From Nemertoderma westbladi (taxonomy: Eukaryota; Animalia; Xenacoelomorpha), in the NCBI GenBank assembly GCA_032718475.1, contig JAUCBJ010007347.1, positions 1 through 58,093 on the forward strand: a stretch of DNA of 58,093 nt, in the 5' to 3' direction. Position 1 is the stretch's first letter, and each line of letters begins with the position of its first letter. A program made the translations under genes and the position numbers. The notes below the pieces were generated by a model that saw nothing but the letters and a program-made list of their open reading frames with translations, ran no database searches and was not told the DNA's origin. This document shows, in pieces, positions 9,901 to 20,057 of the stretch.

Positions 9901-11273
9901 AGATGATTGATATCCTGCAAGTTGCCCATGAAACTGCTAAGTGTTCTGAACTCTCTAAAGTAGTTGATAACTTAGAACGGAACTCGTGGTCCAACATGTC
10001 TTCAACTACAGAACGTAGATTGTTTTCTGTACGCAACGAACTCTCAGTACATTATCTAGAACAGGACCCGGTAATCTTGAAAGGTCAATGTTTAGTCATT
10101 CCCAGTTCACTCCGACCTGTGATGATGAAACTTGCCCATGAAGGACACCCTGGCATTACTAAGATGACTGATATCCTTGTTAGCAGTGTTTGGTGGCCTG
10201 GAATCACCCAAGACGCACGCGTGTTTGTTGAGAATTGTCACCCCTGTAAGTTGGTAAGTGACCTCCCACCACCTCAACCGATGACCCAATCTGGAATCTT
10301 TTATCCTTGGGAACGAGTGGCCATTGATTGCGCTCACATTGAGGGTCACTTGTGTACTACTCTGATAGATTATGGTTCTCGGTTTGTTGAGGCGATTCCG
10401 ATTCCATCATCCACAACTCGGCACATCATAGGGTGTTTAAACAGTATTTTCTCTCGATTTGGCATACCAAAGTCACTGGTATCTGATAACGCACAGGAAT
10501 TCCGCTCGGCAGAGTTTAAAAATTTCCTTCGTACCATCGGATGTAAATTGGTCGAAATATCTGCTAAGTACGCTCAATCAAATGGTATGATTGAGCGGCC
10601 ACACCGCGTAATAAAAAAGATGATGCGAGCTACATCAGTAACTTCTGATACTCCATTTATATCTCGACTAGCGACTGTACTGTTTACTCTCCGTAACTCC
10701 AGGCATCGAATCACAGGAGAGATACCATCTCGAGTACTATACTTGAAGCTGTCTTCATCTCTCCAGACGCGGTTTCCTCAACTACCCAGTGAACAGCCTG
10801 AACCAAATGAAAACTATATCAGAAACAGGGAACGTATCGTCCGCAACTACAATAAAAGTCACAGCGTTAAGCCATTGCGTGATCTCAACATCAACGATCC
10901 TGTCATGATCAAGAAGAATAACAGTCCTGGATATTCGTACCAGGGCCACCGGATCACTGAGATCAGAGGCGACAAAGTAGTCTGCTTGGGGCCTAGTGGG
11001 ATACTGATTTCTAGAAATCGGCGGTTTATAAAACCAGTAGATTTACGAGAGGAAGACAACTATACACGACCTCCACCAGTTCTTTTACCACGAGAACCCA
11101 ATTCACAAGCCTCTCATACTACTAACAATTATCATGAAGAACAACCTGGTACATCATTACCTGCAAGTGTTTCTCGTCCAGAGATCGGTCAGGAGGAGGC
11201 TATAACATCAGATTCAAAAATTTACCCACGGCGAAACCATGCTCGACCAGATTATTATGGGTTTCCATCATAA
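6951..11273 (+). CDS. Gag-Pol polyprotein
   Basis: 1440-aa ORF with gag (RKQAQGETIADY..LR.LA..C), CRFC..H...CPSYG..CRIC, protease LVDTGS, RT LDAKSGFHQ/LPFGI/LEDD, RNase H CDAS..EKE..SDHKPL..ADTLSR, and integrase HEGHPG..C..C, SDN, NGMIER. Confidence 0.95.
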   Translation: MAKYPAPTPLDVGAQDMAMEFGDWRQYFEYWADATELRAEDIPESKKVGALMTCIGKAPQRIAKQNFEYTAERPKTLDNVLTDFEEYFAPERSLLVMRFRFGKRKQAQGETIADYFTALRQLAGLCDLESETPETRLRDTFIAGIRDDELRKQLLQQPSNAAVQHIKKLAGVFEAAVAGHEELGSSDTGGVASTAQDVMAVQQTHLQRRVNSDRANSNSLTNQQQQMGRLMISNCRFCCRSHKKGACPSYGSYCRICGELHHYPGSPLCKKSSNDRSFRSGLSQQFSRGRGSSSGFHGRQSGRNNVNFNQDVAKISLGDAGLSDNDEYSEFQSEILPEYEDEDVYSSLYCISSVNCSPLNENCIHSCSGTGAGVNEWFVEIKVSGPNSSLNINFLVDTGSPFTIIPSQLVSAQLVQPCKPNGKILCAFMSKLPLPLLGSATLELEYQGRRVTLSVYVVKGAPLPLLGRDALGSNALMLVRKLFSPSPTVIPSRVSCSDLVTGVNVSEDATTARNRVSLLPAMSVPEAHITVRPGATPTQQAPRRIPFGLQDEVKDEISRLIKEGVVVPVDNNESPSEWVSPVVISRRKNGKIRLCLDLRVLNKNLVRQRVLIPTPEELFAQIEGSCYFSKLDAKSGFHQIKLDEESSKLTTFVLPFGTFRYVRLPFGISPAPELYHKKMSQSVSQFKNVIVLEDDILIHTSTLAEHDFLVKEVTDLCRKLHISLQPSKCEFRKTEITYLGHRLSGTGIEPDPEKVSAIKDMSTPSSVADCRRLLGMATYLGKFIPNFSDLTLPIRELLKSRNMFHWSPACDSAFTKLKELLTTAPVLKYYNVKHATFLQCDASPVGLGAALLQKDSGGTVRPVAYASRTLTSAEKNYSQIEKETLAIAFGATKFRQYLIGVDFIVLSDHKPLRFIFLKPIDQCPARIIRFLILLQPFSFKVEFIPGKNNLIADTLSRAPIKPVDENRNESENFDSFVNIILDSQMIDILQVAHETAKCSELSKVVDNLERNSWSNMSSTTERRLFSVRNELSVHYLEQDPVILKGQCLVIPSSLRPVMMKLAHEGHPGITKMTDILVSSVWWPGITQDARVFVENCHPCKLVSDLPPPQPMTQSGIFYPWERVAIDCAHIEGHLCTTLIDYGSRFVEAIPIPSSTTRHIIGCLNSIFSRFGIPKSLVSDNAQEFRSAEFKNFLRTIGCKLVEISAKYAQSNGMIERPHRVIKKMMRATSVTSDTPFISRLATVLFTLRNSRHRITGEIPSRVLYLKLSSSLQTRFPQLPSEQPEPNENYIRNRERIVRNYNKSHSVKPLRDLNINDPVMIKKNNSPGYSYQGHRITEIRGDKVVCLGPSGILISRNRRFIKPVDLREEDNYTRPPPVLLPREPNSQASHTTNNYHEEQPGTSLPASVSRPEIGQEEAITSDSKIYPRRNHARPDYYGFPS

Positions 11274-11518
11274 AAAAAAAAAAAAAAAAAAAAAATAAAA
11301 TACTCGAAAAATACTCTTTCTTGAGGATTTGTTTAAGGAGACTTTATATAGAGACTATTGTATACGATTATCACATAGGTTTTGTTTGGAGGACTTTATA
11401 GAGATTATTGTTGTATAAAATTTTCTCATAGTTTTTTTTAGGTGGAAGATGGGATGTATATTAGACTCAAACTTATTAGCTGTGATTATTATTAGCATTA
11501 TTTGTTAAGTGGTTTGTT

Positions 11519-11531
11519 AGGAAGGAAGTAG
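11519..11531 (+). promoter_or_regulatory. Polypurine tract of element 2
   Basis: AGGAAGGAAGTAG directly before the 3' LTR. Confidence 0.8.
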
Positions 11532-11719
11532 TGTGGTATATATATAATGTACTACCTACCTGTAGTACAGTATGGTACCGGTACTGGTCTTCTGTGACAG
11601 AGATATACATACATTTTGAGATATACAATATATCCGGTTGGCGATCAGCCTGTTGATATAGGCCTACTTTTATATATTATACCGGTACTGTACTACGGTA
11701 CCCGGCCCGGCATACTACA
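11532..11719 (+). repeat. 3' LTR of element 2
   Basis: Matches 6693-6880 and is followed by the TSD ATCAA. Confidence 0.95.
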
Positions 11720-11724
11720 ATCAA

Positions 11725-12426
11725 GATCTCTCAAGATTCGATTCAAAGGAAGTCGTGGGCAGTCCACCATGCATATTCACTCCATGAGGCCGCCAAAGCA
11801 CACGATTATGCACTGGCTGATCCTCGCGGCGGCTTTGTTCTACTTCTAGTGTCAAGCTTGGGGGAACCAATGAGACACCTCCAATGTTATATAGCGTCTG
11901 GTTGGAGATGTCTGCATTGTACTTGATACAATGAACCAGGCGTAGCATTCTTGTCTGTGAATGTACCCATCTGTTAGAGCCCAGCATGGACTCTCCCATA
12001 GAGGAGTACTGGAACAACTGCTGCTCTAAATAATCGGACCTTAAGTTTCCGATGAATTCTATATGACTTCCTGATCCATGTTCCCAGGTAACAGAAGTCA
12101 TCCACATGCTCAAGTATACCACCCTTTGAGCTTATGCTCATTGGGTCAGAGACTTGCTGTGGACTTTCAAAGTTACATTTTGGTCTTTCTGGAGTTAATA
12201 AAAAGACCAACACTAGAAGCAGCATGTTCTAATGAGCTGAGGAGCCGATGGGCTCCCTCTAATGATTCTGAGAGTACTCCTAAGTCATCAGCAAAGTTTA
12301 GATCAGATAGGTAGGCCTACTTGGCGGGATTTCCTCTACTTCTGGAGCCAGTAGGTGGAGTTACCATCACCCCATCCTTACTGCCTTACAGCCGTATGTC
12401 ATCCTTATGACATGATCTAAAAGACA
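11725..12426 (-). pseudogene. Decayed RTE-like non-LTR retrotransposon RT, 3' part
   Basis: Frameshifted VDDFCYLGTWI and KLKVRLFRAAVVPVLLYG motifs; nucleotide similarity to about 49460-50238. Confidence 0.85.
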
Positions 12427-15400
12427 CGTTCGTGGGGCCTTCGCGCAGCACGAGGCCCAGTTATTAGATACAAATTAAAATTGAGCGACTGTATCACAAA
12501 ATCAGGTTTTGAGAAATTTACCCACACCACCAATCAATCAAAGAAAGGGGGACAGTACGTGTTCACCCCTTTTAATCCCCCCCCCCCCCCCAACCTTCCC
12601 AACCACCAATACATAACCGGGACATCTACCACCCACGGAAGGGTAGCACGAACTTATTTCCAATCGCACGTTAAATATGCAAAGCCAGGTGGTTTATAGG
12701 AATATAATAAACGCAGTACTCGTTTTCATTATAAGCCTCTTTGCGTTCGTCCTGTTTTGTATTTAAATATATTTCTTAAACGCAGGCTGACGATATTTAT
12801 AATAATAATAACTAGGGATGCGATCAATATGTGAAGCCAGGTGGTTTATATAATAATTTAGTCAACGAGGTACTCGTCTTCATTATATGCCTCGTTGCGC
12901 TCGTCGCTTGTCCTGTTTTGTCATAAAATATTTTTCCTAAACGCAGACTGACGATCTTTATACAGTTATAACTATGCGAAGTTTCGAAACTGTGCGATAC
13001 ATCTATGTGGAGATGTGTGATATGTGGAGATGTGTGATACAACGCCAACGCATCTTATGCCGATGTAGTAATATGGGTATTGAAATAATATTAAATCAAT
13101 GTACACTCTTAAAGCTGCAGCGAAAAAATGTAGCTAATTTCCTAGGTTACATATAAAATAATAATATTATTTTTAAGAACATTAATTTTACTACTTTGCA
13201 AAAATTCAATTAAAAAATAACCAGACATATACATTGTGGAATAAACTATTTCAGATAAGCCTACACAACAGCCATGCCATGGATGGTATTTATGTTATTA
13301 TATCTGTCATTTACCTGAGATAGCAATACAACACTTATAGTAGAGTCAATACAGGAAGGATGTTGGAATGCTGCCTGGGCTGGAATAGCAATACTGGTTG
13401 CCTATTACAATTTCTCTCTGGTTAGTCTACAGCCACAACTCCAAGCTAGCTCCACACCAGCAGAGACATGACCAATAATCATTCCCAGCAACTAGCTGCT
13501 GCCTTACACACACATCCTTCCATCGTACCAGCATGTTAGCCAATAAATGAGCAGTATTTAATGAGAATCAATTTTTTATGACGTTTTAATTACTTTAGAT
13601 CAATTAAAGACACAATTAATAAAGCAAATCACTTGAACTAATTAAAAACTATAATAGAATGGCGTATGTGGATTACATCTGTATAATTTTTAAGTATAAT
13701 TATTTAAATCTTATACTGTAAAACAATTAATTTCCTTTAACAGGCAGGTTGAAAATGGTGTTTTTACCGTAATCAACTTAATTAACTAATTAACTGCTAT
13801 TATCTTAGCTTCTCGAAGGCCACACGGAAATTCTACTTGGAAAATTTCTAAACTTTTGCCAAACAACATGTGTACCAAGTTTGGATAGATTTCATCAAAG
13901 ATTGGCTGAGTTATTAACGTTTAAAATTGGACGCGACAGAACGACAGAACGACAGAACGACACGTTCGTGGGGCCTTCGCGCAGCACGAGGCCCAGTTAT
14001 GAGATACAAATTAAAATTGTGCGACTGTATCACAAAATCAGGTTATGAGATATTAACCCACACCACCAATTAATCAAAGAAAGGGGGACAGTACGTGTTC
14101 ACCCCTTTTAATCTGCACACCCCCCCCCCCCCCCCCACCCACCAATACATAACCGCGACATCTACCACCCACGGAAGGGTAGCACGAACTTATTTCAAAT
14201 CGCACGTTAAATATGCAAAGCCAGGTGGTTTATAGGAATATAATAAACGCAGTACTCGTTTTCATTATAAGCCTCTTTGCGTTCGTCCTGTTTTGTATTT
14301 AAATATATTTCTTAAACGCAGGCTAGGACGATCTTTATAATAATAATAACTAGGGATGCGATCAATATGTGAAGCCAGGTGGTTTATATAACAATTTAGT
14401 CAACGCAGTACTCGTCTTCATTATATGCCTCGTTGCGCTCGTCGCTTGTCCTGTTTTGTCATAAAATATTTTTCCTAAACGCAGACTGACGATCTTTATA
14501 CAGTTATAACTATGCGAAGTTTCGAAACTGTGCGAGTAACTGTTGATACATCTATGTGGAGATGTGTGATATGTGGAGATGTGTGATACAACGCCAACGC
14601 ATCTTATGCCGATGTAGTAATATGGGTATTGTAATAATATTAAATCAATGTACACTCTTAAAGCTGCAGCGAAAAAATGTAGCTAATTTCCTAGGTTACA
14701 TATAAAATAATAATATTATTTTTAAGAACATTAATTTTACTACTTTGCAAAAATTCAATTAAAAAATAACCAGACATATATACATTGTGGAATAAACTAT
14801 TTCAGAAGCCTACACAACAGCCATGCCATGGATTGTATTTATGTTATTATATCTGTCATTTACCTGAGATAGCAATACAACACTTATAGTAGAGTCAATA
14901 CAGGAAGGATGTTGGGATGTTGGATTTCAAGAATGATGTCTGGGCTGGAATAGCAATACTGGTTGCCTATTACAGTACAATTCCTCTCTGGTTAGTCTAC
15001 AGCCACAACTCCAAGCCAGCTAGCTCCACACCAGCAGAGACTTGACCAATAATCATTCCCAGCAAATAGCTGCCTTACACACACATCCTTCCATCGTACC
15101 AGCATGTTAGCCAATAAATGAGCAGTATTTAATGAGAATCAATTTTTTATGACGTTTTAATTACTTTAGATTAATTAAAGACACAATTAATAAAGCAAAT
15201 CACTTGAACTAATTAAAAACTATAATAGAATGGTGTATGTGGATTACATCTGTATAATTTTTAAGTATAATTATTTAAATCTTATACTGCAAAACAATTA
15301 ATTTCCTTTAAAAGGCAGGTTGAAAATGGTGTTTTTACCGTAATCAACTTAATTAACTAATTAACTGCTATTATCTTAGCTTCTCGAAGGCCACACGGAA

Positions 15401-15669
15401 ATTCTACTTGGAAAATTTCTAAACTTTTGCCAAACAACATGTGTACCAAGTTTGGATAGATTTCATCAAAGATTGGCTGAGTTATTAACGTTTAAAATTG
15501 GACGCGACAGAACGACAGAACGACAGAACGACAGTACGACAGAACGACAGAACGACAGGTTGATTAATGGTACCACTACGCTAAGGCTCACTCACTTCGT
15601 GGCTCGCCCCACAGGTTGATCAATGGTACCACTACGCTAAGGCTCACTCACTTCGTGGCTCGCCCCACA
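12427..15669 (-). mobile_element. Non-autonomous Helentron/DINE-like element, family 1 copy A, with copy B nested inside
   Basis: About 1.6-kb unit. Ends are CGTTCGTGGGGCC... and ...GGCTCGCCCCACA, with a short subterminal IR GTGGGGC/GCCCCAC, a GGGCCT...AGGCCC hairpin near one end and a (GACAGAAC)n microsatellite near the other. Superfamily and strand are inferred by analogy. Confidence 0.7.
13963..15613 (-). mobile_element. Family 1 copy B, inserted in the microsatellite of copy A
   Basis: Complete unit starting after ...GAACGACA. It leaves two consecutive 56-bp termini (15558-15613 and 15614-15669). Confidence 0.75.
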
Positions 15670-15792
15670 TGCGTAGAATATAGTCAACCACAATTATTAA
15701 CAGCATATCAAACTTCGCAAGTGTGTCACCCTGGAGGACTCCCCATAACACTTTGAATGGTTCTGTGTCACCGCAAACAGTAGACATAATGT
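15670..15792 (-). pseudogene. Continuation of the same RTE-like RT relic beyond the inserted elements
   Basis: GVLQGDTLA..IIVVDYILR motif. Joining 12426 to 15670 restores the sequence seen at 50230-50250 (GACA|TGCGTAGAA). Confidence 0.85.
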
Positions 15793-16683
15793 AATTACAC
15801 CATGTCCTGGAATATAGTGTCTTAATTCTGTAACTCAGTGATCCCACCCCCCTCACTGTCAGCCTGAGCTAAAAAATTTATAAAATATGTGTAAAAAATA
15901 TGAATATCAATATTCGTATTACTACTGTATCATCACAATTTAACTTGATTGAAAAAACTTATTAATGACACGTTCAGAACGCCGATAAGTTGGCACAATG
16001 CAACAAAATTGTAGGGCCTATGCATCATATCATTGTATGAAAAGAGCACTATCAGCGTTTACGACCTGTTTGTTTATTTATGTAAACATCCGTAGCCTGG
16101 TAGCTCTGCGCTCGCTCGGTAATAAATACTGTACATATACTGTACAAATACTGTACAAATACTGTACGCTGAAAAGTACTAATTTTCACACAATTATGTA
16201 AATAGTTATTTATTCTTAAATACTGTAGTTTCCAATGGAACGTACTGCACTTCGCTTTTAAAAATGTGCGATAATAATATAATATTTGAATTAATAATGC
16301 CGATTACGGTAATATAAAATAGTAAAAGATTTATTAGAGATGTACTTCTTACAGAACATTAATTTTATTATAAATACTGTACATCAATTATATTTCTTTT
16401 AACTGTATAATTATTACACGATACCGAATGAAGGAATGCTAAACTGAATTCAGGTATTACGGTATACAGACAGATATTATACTGTTATAAGGGCTTTGAT
16501 ATTGGATGGGAAAATCCAGCCAGGTAATATGCCAGTATGGTTTATCAGGATGGCCACATGTTTTTGGATGACTCGGGAAGTCCCAGCCAGTTATAGAATT
16601 ATTGGCTGGCCACATGTTTTGTATTAAACCAGGAAAACACTGTACAGTAGTAGGTAGACAACGAGTGCTACACATACTGTACA

Positions 16684-18249
16684 CGTTCGTGGGGCCTTCG
16701 CGCAGCACGAGGCCCAGTTATGAGATACAAATTAAAATTGAGCGACTGTATCACAAAATCAGGTTTTGAAAAATTTACCTACACCACCAATCAATCAAAG
16801 AAAGGGGGACAGTACGTGTTCACCCCTTTTAATCCCCCCCCCCCACCCTTCCCAACCACCAATACATAACCGCGACATCTACCACCCACGGAAGGGTAAC
16901 ACGAACTTATTTTCAATCGCACGTTCAATATGCAAAGCCAGGTGGTTTATAGGAATATAATAAACGCAGTACTCGTTTTCATTATAAGCCTCGTTGCGTT
17001 CGTCCTGTTTTGTATTTAAATATATTTCTTAAACGCAGGCTAGGACGTTCTTTATAATAATAATAACTAGGGATGCGATCAATATGTGAAGCCAGGTGGT
17101 TTATATAATAATTTAGTCACCGCAGTACTCGTCTTCATTATATGCCTCGTTGCGCTCGTCGCTCGTCGCTTGTCCTGTTTTGTTATAAAATATTTTTCCT
17201 AAACGCAGACTGACGATCTTTATACAGTTATAACTATGCGAAATTTAGAAACTGTGCGAGTAACTGTTGATACATCTATGTATGTGGAGATGTGTGATAC
17301 AACGCCAACGCATCGTATGCTGATGTAGTAATATGGGTATTGAAATAATATTAAATTAATGTACACTCTTATAGCTGCAGCGAAAAAATGTAGCTAATTT
17401 CCTAGGTTACATATAAAATAATAATAATATTTTTAAGAACATTAATTTTACTACTTTGCAAAAATTCAATTAAAAAATAACCAGACATATACATTGTGGA
17501 ATAAACTATTTCAGAAGCCTACAACAGCCATGCCATGGATAGTATTTATGTTATTATATCTGTCATTTACCTGAGATAGCAATACAACACTTATAGTAGA
17601 GTCAATACAGGAAGGATGTTGGGATGTTGGAATGTTGTGTGGGCTGGAATAGCAATACTGGTTGCCTATTACTATTCCTCTCTGGTTAGTCTTAGCAACA
17701 ACTCCCTGCCAGCTAGCTCCACACCAGCAGAGACTTGACCAATAATCATTCCCAGCAACTAGCTGCTTTACACACACATCCTTCCATCGTACCAGCATGT
17801 TGGCCAATAAATGAGCAGTATTTAATGAGAATCAATTTTTTTTGCCGTTTTAATTACTTTAGATCAATTAAAGACACAATTATTAAAGCAAATCACTTGA
17901 ACTAATTAAAAACTATAATAGAATGGGGTATGTGGATTACATCTGTATAATTTTTAATTATAATTATTTAAATCTTATACTGTAAAACAATTAATTTCCT
18001 TTAAAAGGCAGGTTGAAAATGGTGTTTTTACCGTAATAACTTAATTAACTAATTAACTGCTATTATCTTAGCTTCTCGAAGGCCACACGGAAATTCTACT
18101 TGGAAAATTTCTAAACTTTTGCCAAACAACATGTGTACCAAGTTTGGATAGATTTCATCAAAGATTGGCCGAGTTATTAACGTTTAAAATTGAACGCGAC
18201 AGAACGACAGAACGACAGAACGACAGAACGACAGAACGACAGAACGACA
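16684..18249 (-). mobile_element. Family 1 copy C, lacking its own 56-bp terminus
   Basis: Near-identical to copies A and B up to the microsatellite, then continues directly into family 2. Confidence 0.75.
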
Positions 18250-18794
18250 CGTTCGTGGGGACTTCGCGCAGCACGTAGTCGGCAAGCCTTGGCATACTGT
18301 TCATATAGAGCAAATGGGGCATGTCTAGTTTGGACCCAATATCCCATGCTATAAATGTATTCATTCGATATACAATCATATGTTAATCCGCTAGGAGGTG
18401 TCAAATTGTTATTCTGCAATTTCGTACTTACCAGTGCAGCACTGTACAGCAGTACCGTACCGGTAGGCCTATGTCATTACTTCTGAGTCTCTAGCGGATC
18501 CCCAATTAAATGTCTTAACTTTTCAATTTCGTAAAAGATAGAGTTCATGATTCTCTACAAGCCACCAAAATTTCAGCTCAGGAAAATGAGGCCTTCCCGA
18601 GAAATTTAACATTTTCTAAAAACCACATAATCTGTCGTAGCTGACGTCAGACTGCATGATTTTCACCAAACTTTACAAACTTTCTAAACTTTCTCTCTAC
18701 TACTTACCTACTAAGTTTGGTTCAATTCCGAACCAGCGATGCAGAGAAATTTGCGTTCAAACATTTACCAGACAGACAGACAGACAGATGGACA

Positions 18795-19979
18795 TGTACG
18801 CGCTTTTGAAGACCTTTAGCTGTTTAACCTGCCAAAATTTATATGTCTTTTGGTTTATAAATAGACTTTAGAAAATGACAAGTATTTAATACCAATAAAC
18901 ACAACATTAGCCGAAGCCAGCCTAGTGCGCGTCCATTCACCCGCTGGATATACCCGGGAGACTGGATTCGGAGGGCTTAGATTGTTATTGCAGTGTAAGC
19001 TTACTGTATTATTCGATTGATCGTTAATAAATAATTTCTGACCAATATTATTCACTTTCGGGAAATATTAACAGTTCCTTTAGGACGTGGCGCTCTATCT
19101 AGGTAAACAGAGATATGACTTATACTAAACACAACGGTAAGTCGGTAAGGCTTATATGATTCACGTATGAGGCGCATTCTTTAGGAGATGCTTAGTTATC
19201 AGCCACAATCATGCACACTACCGGTAACGCACAATACTGCTCACTAATCTGCCGACCTTCAATGAATTTTATCATACATAAAGAGAACAGCAATTGACTC
19301 ATGTAGTGCTTATCAAATAGCATTAAATTCACTACAAACCACAATAATATAAGTCGCAATCGCTATATGTAACCCGTCTCTCTAACCTGTAGTGTATCAA
19401 GAAAATTGGGAAATTTGGGTTCTTTATAGATGTTCTCCAAATAATAATATTCAACCAACTGATACAAATAATGACAACAGTAAATAGCAGTATAATAATG
19501 TATGTTGCAGTGATATAAGACTGCTGCTGATTGCACTGATAACAGTTATACGTTCTATAATCTAAGCCTACTAATGTTTCTTCTAAAGTCTGAAACGAAT
19601 TGACTCTAGAGCCGGTGTTCTTGGCCTAGATAAAAACAACACAACAGTATCAAGAAAAAACAGTAAGACAGAACACGCCTAGCACGATCTGTAGAAAATC
19701 TCCACATCGACAGTAAAAATCGCCCTGATTGGCTGTTAAGCTAAACAAAGAACCATGTGTCCAATGGCCGTTTCCATGCCAGCAACCAGCTGTTAGATGT
19801 CGTAATCTGAATCATCAAGGCTACACTGTGCTAGAGTATTTGACGCATTGCGGGTTTTATGCCTTGCCATGTCCGCCAAAGCACATATATAGAAGAATGA
19901 CTTTTATGTCCGTTAAAACACCTACAACGGTACTTTGCGGGACAGGGGACTGATTATATCCTGATAAAAAGCTTTTACA
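18795..19979 (-). repeat. 3' LTR of the BEL element
   Basis: Matches 36051-37230; preceded on the minus strand by a short purine run GGGAGCGG. Confidence 0.95.
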
Positions 19980-20057
19980 CCGCTCCCAGAAAATGGGATT
20001 CAAGTCTACAAATATACAAAAATCACAGTTTCTAATATATGTAAATACTCTAAACAG

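Larger units (their letters stand above)
6693..11719 (+). mobile_element. Ty3/Gypsy (Mag-like) LTR retrotransposon 2, full length
   Basis: 188-bp TG...CA LTRs (2 mismatches seen), 5-bp TSD ATCAA (6688-6692 and 11720-11724), PBS, PPT and intact ORF. Confidence 0.96.

Noticed and set aside
11272-11300. Poly-A tract as the tail of a retroposed insert
   Set aside because: It starts at the pol stop codon inside the LTR element and has no TSD, so it is treated as a 3' UTR homopolymer.
12481-18419. Short ORFs within the Helentron-like repeats
   Set aside because: Not kept open between near-identical copies, and no Rep or helicase motifs.
18855-19953. Short ORFs inside the BEL LTRs (also 36111-37207)
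   Set aside because: 66-74 aa, no motifs, and duplicated only because the LTRs are duplicated.
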